A DNA stretch of 64,000 nucleotides from Oculina patagonica (lineage: Eukaryota): positions 37,572,001-37,636,000 of the forward strand of contig NC_135770.1 in NCBI RefSeq assembly GCF_052425735.1, read 5' to 3'. Under the pieces are notes generated by a model. That model was not told the origin of the DNA. It worked only from the letters and a program-made list of their open reading frames with translations, and did no database searches. The stretch's first letter is position 1, and every line of letters begins with the position of its first letter. This document shows positions 56,854-64,000 of this stretch, piece after piece. The translations under genes and the position numbers were made by a program.

Positions 56854-57695
56854 AGGCCCTTATCGATTGTGCTAGTAAAAGTAGCACATTATGCTCCTAG
56901 CAGTGCTCGTTTTCTTTCAAAATTATACTCGTTTTTTTAAAATTATGCTACTTTTTCTTTAAGTATGCTTTTTGATGGGGTCAAGAAACGGGACCTTTTT
57001 CATATGCATGCGTTTTGTTTCCTTTAGGCTCCAATCACTAGCAGTTCCAAGAGTCGCTGGCCTATTGGGGAGCAGGCCTATTGGGGAGCAGGGATGGCGC
57101 AGTGGTGAGAGCACTCGCCTCCCACCAATGTGGCCTGGGTTCGATTCCCGGACCCGGCGTCATATGTGCGTTGAGTTTGTTGTTGGTTCTCGTCCTTGCT
57201 CCGAGGGTTTTTCTCCGGGTTCTCCGGTTTTCCTCCCTCCACAAAAACCAACGCTGCTAAATTCCAATTCGATCGGGAATCCGAGGGCCACAGGTTTGTC
57301 AGTCGTAGACTGTTACGTACTATCCTCGTAAAATAAGGTCAATTAAATTTATTTTTATTGGGGGCTGCTTTTCTTGTATCTGCTGGTTGCTTGGCAAAGC
57401 CTGTGAAAGCGGCAACTGGTGCTGACGCAATATTTACTTCTGGTGTGCCCAGTCCTCCAAGGCGACAGACGTCGACGCATTTTGCGGTAACCTTCCTTGA
57501 TCCCCCCAGACGAATGAAAATAGCTAGGCTGAATTAATTTTAGAGACTAAGCAGGTCATGAATCTGGTAATTTTTCCTTCAAAATACAAAATATGCCAAT
57601 TAAGCTAGCAGTGCTACTTTTATTTAAAGTGCAAAAGTTATGCTTGTTTTTCTAAATTATGCCAAAAATTATGCTAGGACAATCGATAAGGGACT
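56854..57695. mobile_element. TIR element hosting a SINE
   Basis: aggcccttatcgattgtgctag ... ctaggacaatcgataagggact; repeated attatgct motifs. Confidence 0.6.
57083..57358 (+). mobile_element. tRNA-derived SINE, near full length
   Basis: A box tggcgcagtgg, B box ggttcgattcc, conserved body, flanked by tattgggg repeats; same family as 2793-3045. Confidence 0.85.
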
Positions 57696-57724
57696 TATAT
57701 GGACAAACCTCAGACATTAATTAA

Positions 57725-57929
57725 CATACACGACTACAATACTAGTTTCGTGAGAAGACCTCGTCAGTTGGTAGCCATATGCTGTTTAGAATATAATTTC
57801 AGACGACTTCATATAATATTGCGCAATATTATATGAAGTCGTCTGAAATTCAACACATATTAAAAGCTACATAATATGGCTACAAACTGACGAGGTCTGC
57901 GGACTAAACTAGTATTGTACTCGCGTATG
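57725..57929. repeat. Fold-back element with perfect 56-bp central palindrome (57795-57850)
   Basis: tacaatactagttt...gacctcgtcagtt...aatttcagacgacttcatataatattgc|gcaatattatatgaagtcgtctgaaatt...aactgacgaggtc...aaactagtattgta. Confidence 0.85.
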
Positions 57930-58049
57930 TAAATGAGTGTTGAAAGTAAATGCAAATGAGGTTTTCCTTATCAATATGATATTGAATAATACTTTCTTGG
58001 CTTCGGCGAACAGAATTTCACAAAGAGACTAACAGCACCGCAGTAGACA

Positions 58050-59371
58050 TAGCCTGCGAGCAGGCTCTCTATTCGGGGGCAACGTGAATATTGAACTTCT
58101 CGAGCGCCGAAGGCGAGATCCCGCGAGTGCCGAAGACGCGAGTGCGTGGGCGAAGCGAGCCAATATTGAACTTCTCGAGCGCCGAAGGCGCGATCCCGCG
58201 AGTGCCGAAGGCGCGAGTGCGTGGGCGAAGCGAGCCCGCAGAGGGAGAGCCTGCACGCAAGCCATTGAATTTCAAATCCGGCCCCTCGAAATGTGACATC
58301 TTGTTGACAACTCGCTACGCTTCCGGTGTCAATATATCGATCGATGGCTCTTCATAGATCGATCGAACGTTTGCGCGTTTATTTCGAAAAAAGTTGTAAA
58401 CAAAGCGAGTGAATGTTGCTGTATCTGCAAGTGTACATTTTTAGTAAAATATGGAACTGGTAAATAGGTTCGCATGTAAACGGAAAATTTATTTGAAACG
58501 TCAAATCGCGATGGGAGCCGCGGACAAATGATGACAGATGACGAACAAATTGAAAAACAATTCGCAAAATTGTCTACTTTGTTCAGCCGTGTGTGCGATT
58601 CGTGTCCCTGAAAAAAATCAGAAAATCGAACTTAACTAGTGAGCATCACTCTGCGAACGGCATTTGTAAAGCTGCTTTATTCTCCTGCGTGTTTTGTCCA
58701 ACTGTCGCTGACTTCTCAGCCGATGCAAATATTAACCTCTCTTGCTGCGAACTGACGCTCGTAACGCCGGTTAAATCTCGCAAAGCAACACAGTTCAACC
58801 CATCGATTGTCCCTCCTTCACCTGGTCTTCAATTATGCTGGAAAGTGGGTATATTACTAAAACGATAGTGTCTGAGAGTCGCTCGTAAACTTTCTTCTCC
58901 GCCATTGCCACTGCAAAGAGTTGAAATATGAAGCAATTGCCGTAACCGGTTTGCATAACCGCAAAAACATCTCGTCCTTCTAGAAGACAATTTACCGCAT
59001 CTTCCTGTTTTTGTTTTAAGTTAAGGAGATCGTTAGAATCAAGCGAAAGTTTCCAAAATGCTTCATGAACGCTGCTAAACGAACTCGCGTACCTATTCAC
59101 GGACGCCGGCCGTAGTTGATTTGGCTTTGATATGGACGCTGGTTTTCCTCACATTAATTGCGCCTGTCATTTTTGACCAATCGGAATGCTGCGTTCGTGG
59201 ACGAACGCGCCGGATTTGAAATTCAATGGCGTGCGTGCAGGCTCTCAATTTTGATCGCGGGCTCGCTTCGCTCGCCGACTCGCGCCTTCGGCACTCGCGG
59301 GATCGCGCCTTCGGCGCTCGAAGAGTTCAATATTCACGTTGCCCCCGAATAGAGAGCCTGCTCGCAGGCTA
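58050..59371 (-). mobile_element. 1.3-kb AcademH-like non-autonomous transposon with RecQ-like helicase fragment
   Basis: TAGCCTGCGAGCAGGCTCTCTATTCGGGGGC ... GCCCCCGAATAGAGAGCCTGCTCGCAGGCTA; perfect 9-bp TSD cagtagaca (58041-58049, 59372-59380); the left TIR contains a 75-bp unit twice (58087, 58162). Confidence 0.9.
58710..59100 (-). pseudogene. RecQ-like helicase N-terminal fragment (degenerate Walker A)
   Basis: LKQKQEDAVNCLLEGRDVFAVMQTGYGNCFIFQ (consensus LPTGYGKSLIFQ), VLVIYPLSSIIEDQV (motif Ia), and after a frameshift LIFASAE (motif Ib). Confidence 0.82.
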
Positions 59372-59503
59372 CAGTAGACATAAGTAGGCAATAAATCGGT
59401 GATTGACAGGCCTGAGAAGCTAGTGAACCAGTCCATATATTATGCTGACCGTCACGCAATTTTCGGACGCATTTGCCACGTAAGTACTACCTTTACCGAG
59501 GCA

Positions 59504-62500
59504 ATGGGGTTACTTTACTTCTTCGAGACTTCCATTGAATTTCGCGCAGTTGACCCAAACAATTTGTTTAAACGATGGCTGGATATCGTCGAGGCGTTTA
59601 TTGCGTATCCAACGAAAACGGCAGGGGTGGAAATCAAACAGTTCTGGAAGGTAAGCATAGTCTCCGTTCATATCGGTATCGATCGGTAGCTGTATTGCGA
59701 ATAAAATGAGACGATATGCTATCGATAGGCCAGGTGCGCCAACTGTATTAGCGCAACATTACATGTTACATTGGTGTTGTGTTGGCATACTGACCCGGGT
59801 ATACTGGCTAGAGACGATTCTTTTCTCTGATGATAAAAGTTCTTTGCCTTTCTTCGTTTCGATTGTTTTCGGAAAGCGTGTAATGTATCACTAATTTTTG
59901 GGATTTAAAAAGAAGCATTAGCATTTGGCCAAAACATGCAAATTAGGTCTCACGGCTTCAGAAGTTTGGAGAATACGATAACGCTGGATATTACGCCCAG
60001 TGGAGCGAAGAGAGAACTACACGTAGTAGCCTGCGGGACGGCTGTACACAGGCTATACACGTAGTTGACCTTGTCACGATTATTTATTTCTTGCATATCT
60101 TGGCTGGTCAGGGAATCCATCAACACTGTAGTGTTCCAATGTAGACAGAAGTCAACCATTTTCGTCTGAATAGGGTATGGCCTGTGCATTTTGGTCTGAA
60201 GTGCGGTCTGAACTGAAGTAGATCCCGACGTGCCGCCCAACGGGGTAGTGATTTTAGGACATGATCTAGAACGGGGTATCCATTTTGGAGACGTTTCCTT
60301 TTTCTAATTCGAGCGCACGAAAGTTTTACATTTTACGTCAACATCAAAGTTGAATTCTAATTAAAAAATAACGGATTCAGCTGGAACTATCACTAACTCA
60401 GCACCAGAAAAATAGCGAGGGGAAAAATTAAATAGCCGGATTTCTTTTCGCTTCTTGCGTGACGATCTTTAAGGGTAAGTAGGGAGGGGCCTAGGGAGTG
60501 ATGATAGTCGTTTAAAGTCAGTTCTCTATGACTTTATCGAAATAATTCACTTCATGTACTTATATTCATTTTAATTAAAATAAGTGTTTTTCAATCTGGT
60601 GTTTTTAGATATGCGGGGAGAACAAGTTAATAGGAGGTAAGAAAGCTCCATTGATCTTGAGAAATGATCTGACTTACATACCCGCGTTGCGCAATGCAAA
60701 GTGGGTGGGTCAAACGCCATGGTAACATAAGGGACGGACCATAAATTTTTATGGGGGTGGTGGGGCGGGGGGTGGGGTTGGGTAATTTGTTCTGAGTAAG
60801 AATTTTTTCCAGCATTAGTATTTGCAAGATTTTTTTAACAACATAATCCTCTTCAAGATTTTTTTTTGCACCATCCAGCAGGTGGGGCTTGCTTAAATTT
60901 TTTTCCCGTGCTTACTTGTGCACGATTTTTTTCTCCTATTTTTCTTGTGTGAGAATTTGTTTCGTAATATTTGCCCACGCTGCCCCATCAAAATTTTAAA
61001 AAATTGGCCAGCTCTGAAACAGGAAGAGAGTGTTTCATCACTTAATTTTCCAAACACCGAGAAGGGAGTTGAAAATATTACGCGCAACGCAGGTGCATTT
61101 TTTAAATGTCAGTGGGAATGTGATGAAACATTCTCTCGACTGTTTAATATATTCCCTCACGTAGTGTCTGTATATGTGGTTGATTCGTCGAACCAGTCGA
61201 CCTTATCGCCTGATGAAGACTAGCAGTGTGCAGTCGAAACGTCGCGATCTCTATCACACGTGACTACGTCGTGAGACAAACGAAAAATACTTTATTTATT
61301 ACCGTCTGTATATGTTTACGAGTTTGCTGTATTGACCCGTATGACGAGTCAAAATGCAAATATTGAGTCAGCTGATGAACTGCCTAGTCCCCAGCCCCCA
61401 CTCTGCATCCCCGCCTCATTTCCTCCATTTGACTGCGGTTTCCACCAAAAAAATATGATTCTTCCAACATATTTAAAGTATATCGAGGATACTACACGGC
61501 GGCGCGAAGATATGAATTTTATTTTTTCGAGTAGTAAAGCAATATTTTACGAATGAGCGCAGCGAATGAGTAAAATATTGCTTTTACCACGAGAAAATAA
61601 AATTCATATCTTCAAGCCACCGTGTAATTTTCTTTTTATTATATAGACAACAATCATGCATGAAGTAAAAGTTAAAACATTTTTATTCATTCATCAAAAG
61701 GTTATTAAAACACGAGCGACGGCTAAATATAACAATTGCCAATCTAAAAGGAAAAATTTCGCGAACTGAAGCTTTCAGAAGTTGTATAACGCAAATGTAA
61801 ACTCTATTTATTAGCTTTCATCACTGCCACTGATAATATAATTCGCCGTTTTGAAATCTGTTTCTGCTCCAACTCACCGCTTTTCCGATTTCTGATCGCG
61901 AAGTCTTGCAGTTCGGCAGCTGGAATTTCTTGATTTTCCCTCCCTTCGTCTGACTCTCCAAAAGCACGAAGCTCTTTTAAATAATTTCAAGTCATATGAA
62001 GTTTTCTTCTTCTTGTTAGCATTTTCCTGCTCCTCAGTAAAAGCTTTTATTTTGACTTCAGTGAACTTCATGAATCGATAGCTTGCCATTTCCAACTGGC
62101 GTTTGGCAACTTTGCACAAACAACCGTGCAAAGGCGGGAAATGACGTCATCGATATCCTCACTAGTGAGGATATGGAAAATACGCCACTACAGTCCCGGA
62201 TGCAGTTTCGTATGAATTTTATGAGTGGTCAATTTTCCAGTAAAACACTCGCGGCTATATAATAAGGAACCTTATTTCACGACTTCGTTTTCTTTTCTCA
62301 GTGCTCAGCGTGGATTCACCAGGAGAACTGGACACTTGTTTTGCCACCCTCTTGAAGCAGCAATCCTCTGATGTTCAAATCACCACCGAGGTCACTCCCT
62401 TTAGACCTTATGAAGATTTTGCTGGTACTTGCGCCGAGAGATGCGGAGAGAGCCTGGATACCACTCCCATAGAGAGTGTGACAAATGATGGATTGTACTA

Positions 62501-63411
62501 CTTTATATCGTCCCGCGTCGAGTATATGGGTAACGTAAAAATGTCTTAGACTTATACACTAGTCTCATTTCCAACCGTAATCTGGGTTGCCACGTAACAC
62601 TTCTCACAGGAACGTTGCGTGACGCTCCATATAAGGGCAGCGCAGGACAAAACCTACCGTATTGACTGTTTTTTTTTCTATCAGCTTTCCTTTCTCATTC
62701 TGTAAACATAATGTTTCGAAGCTCAATATTAATTTTAGAATTGAATTGTTTTGGTTCATGATCATCAATTGTTTATAACTTTGCTGCTACCGTGCTAGTC
62801 CTGTGATCAAAGGGCTCGACTGAGCCAGCACGAGCTCTTAGCTCCAAACAATAACTCCCATCGGTAGTCACGTTTGGGTTTGTCTGCTGACCTTGGCTCG
62901 GACCTCCATGAAAGTTTTGATAACAGTTTCGAGTTCTGTTAGTTTTAGTTCTTCCTAATATGTCATTGGTCCCATGTTGGTCTGTTTGTATTCGCTTTCT
63001 AAAGTAAGTCTCAGAAGTGCCTCAATTTTGAATGTTATTTTAGTGTTCCCAATAAGCTATAAAGCTATTCATTCATTCAGCCATTGGTGCCTCTCGCTTA
63101 GCGTGGTTAGCTCAGTTATTCCTCGAACGTCCCGACAATAAACATAGCGAAGAGTGTTCAACGAAACGAAAATATCTGCCGGTATTCACCTACAATCATC
63201 AACAATGTATATACACCAAAAAAGATTTCTGATGACAAATACAACGTTCAAAGCTATTAAATTCATCGTTAATGAGAGAATCTCTTTTCTTTAAACAGGC
63301 ATGAGTCAGCTAGATCTCCTTAAGATCTGGACCGAGGAAGCTAGAACAGCCCTGGAGGCAAAAAAGAAAGGATCAATCTTGGACTTGTGGAAAATAATTG
63401 CTGAGAGACAG
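59504..63411 (+). CDS. Two-domain MIase-like protein, copy 3 (last exon beyond the window)
   Basis: Exons 59504-59650, 60609-60636, 62302-62529, 63299-63411; same lengths (147, 28, 228, 113) and phases as copy 2. Confidence 0.82.
60027..60055. mobile_element. 29-bp TAGCCTG...CAGGCTA micro-element with 9-bp TSD
   Basis: tacacgtag at 60018-60026 and 60056-60064; absent from the paralogous intron site of copy 2 (about 52871-52885, gagaactagttgacc). Confidence 0.8.
61205..61248 (+). ncRNA. Minimal type I hammerhead ribozyme (Penelope-like element terminal repeat type)
   Basis: Stem I atcgc/gcgat; core CTGATGA (61210-61216); stem II gact-a-gca/gtg/tgc-agtc; GAAAC (61236-61240); palindromic minimal stem III ACGT; GTC cleavage triplet 61241-61243. 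Confidence 0.75.
61478..62262 (-). mobile_element. Crypton-like (tyrosine-recombinase transposon) relic
   Basis: Hairpin end tacacggcggcgcgaagatatgaattttatttt...aatgagcgcagcgaatgag...aaaataaaattcatatcttcaagccaccgtgta; minus-strand peptide MASYRFMKFTEVKIKAFTEEQENANKKKKTSYDLKLFK resembles Crypton recombinase N-termini. Confidence 0.6.
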
Positions 63412-64000
63412 GTAATAACAAAGATAGAATCTGCTAGAACGTTACTGCAAAAAAAAAAGAAAAAAAACTTTTCCAAATATTTGTATGTTCCTCTAGCCGC
63501 TCACGAAACATTCTGTGACCTTCTGTGTTTGCCGAAAAAATCATCCTGCTTCTCAGTGCCACATGAAAGTCCAACATATTTTCATTATAAAACTATATTA
63601 GCCTCCTCAACGCAAGACTAAAGTTCGAAGTAAACATTTGTTCGTTTAATCAGCAGAAAATGTTTCAGTATACTCCAATATGCATGCCAGTCTTGCGCAC
63701 AGCATAGATGTGTGCACAATGGCGGCTCTAGGGGAGGGGTCCGGCGGCCCCCCTCCCTATTTTTGGCAAAAGATTTTTTTCAAAAGATTCTAGCTGCTAA
63801 AATTTTTTTGAGTGTACACACAAAAAAAGGTTCCTCCTCTTAGTTCAGGGTCTGGATCCGCCAATGGTGCATGCCACTTCTTCGAGTGTTAACAGTACGC
63901 ATATTAATTTTTCTTTTCTTGTCGTATCGTTTCTGCTTTTGTTTCTGTTCTGTACTGTTCTTTTCATCTAATTTCTTCTCTTTTTGTCTTTTCTTTTGTT

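Noticed and set aside
58795-59100. Host RecQ/BLM/WRN helicase gene
   Set aside because: Truncated, Walker A degenerate (GYGNC), frameshifted and enclosed by TIRs with a TSD.
555-63411. Aminotransferases plus MIase-like genes as one aromatic-metabolism cluster
   Set aside because: They are separated by over 30 kb, three unrelated genes and an assembly gap; there is no sequence evidence of co-regulation.
47978-63411. Bacterial contamination as source of the MIase-like sequences
   Set aside because: The genes have conserved GT-AG introns filled with the same SINE/MITE/LINE types as the rest of the window and are contiguous with the SP-RING gene.

Overview
Eukaryotic, AT-rich, intron-rich animal DNA. 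The SINE, MITE and LINE repertoire and the gene set suggest a stony coral or another anthozoan cnidarian (inference). Genes reconstructed by hand with GT-AG, frame-consistent exons: two tandem paralogous class I/II PLP aminotransferases with intronless CDS (555-1790, 15029-16267); HSBP1 (minus strand) head-to-head with a 15-exon CCDC170 (22146-35862); a candidate 62-aa single-pass membrane microprotein (40094-40282); a 3-exon SP-RING (zf-MIZ) SUMO-ligase-like gene lacking SAP/PINIT (43240-46352); and a tandem array of at least three 5-exon genes encoding two fused muconolactone-isomerase-like (CatC/MIase) domains (47978 to beyond 64000). The MIase-like array is the most unusual system here: a bacterial aromatic-catabolism fold in spliced animal genes, with a gene-conversion tract between copies. 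The mobilome is dominated by terminal-inverted-repeat (TIR) elements with 9-bp target-site duplications (TSDs), 29 bp to 4.5 kb long. Two carry decayed RecQ-like helicase sequence (AcademH-like). Also present: hAT/Tc1/CACTA/Kolobok/Harbinger-like MITEs, a Crypton relic, RTE and CR1/L2 LINE ends, tRNA-derived SINEs, an intact minimal Penelope-type hammerhead ribozyme (61205-61248), perfect palindromes, and a 352-nt assembly gap. No rRNA, true tRNA or CRISPR. All family assignments come from motif recognition, not database searches.
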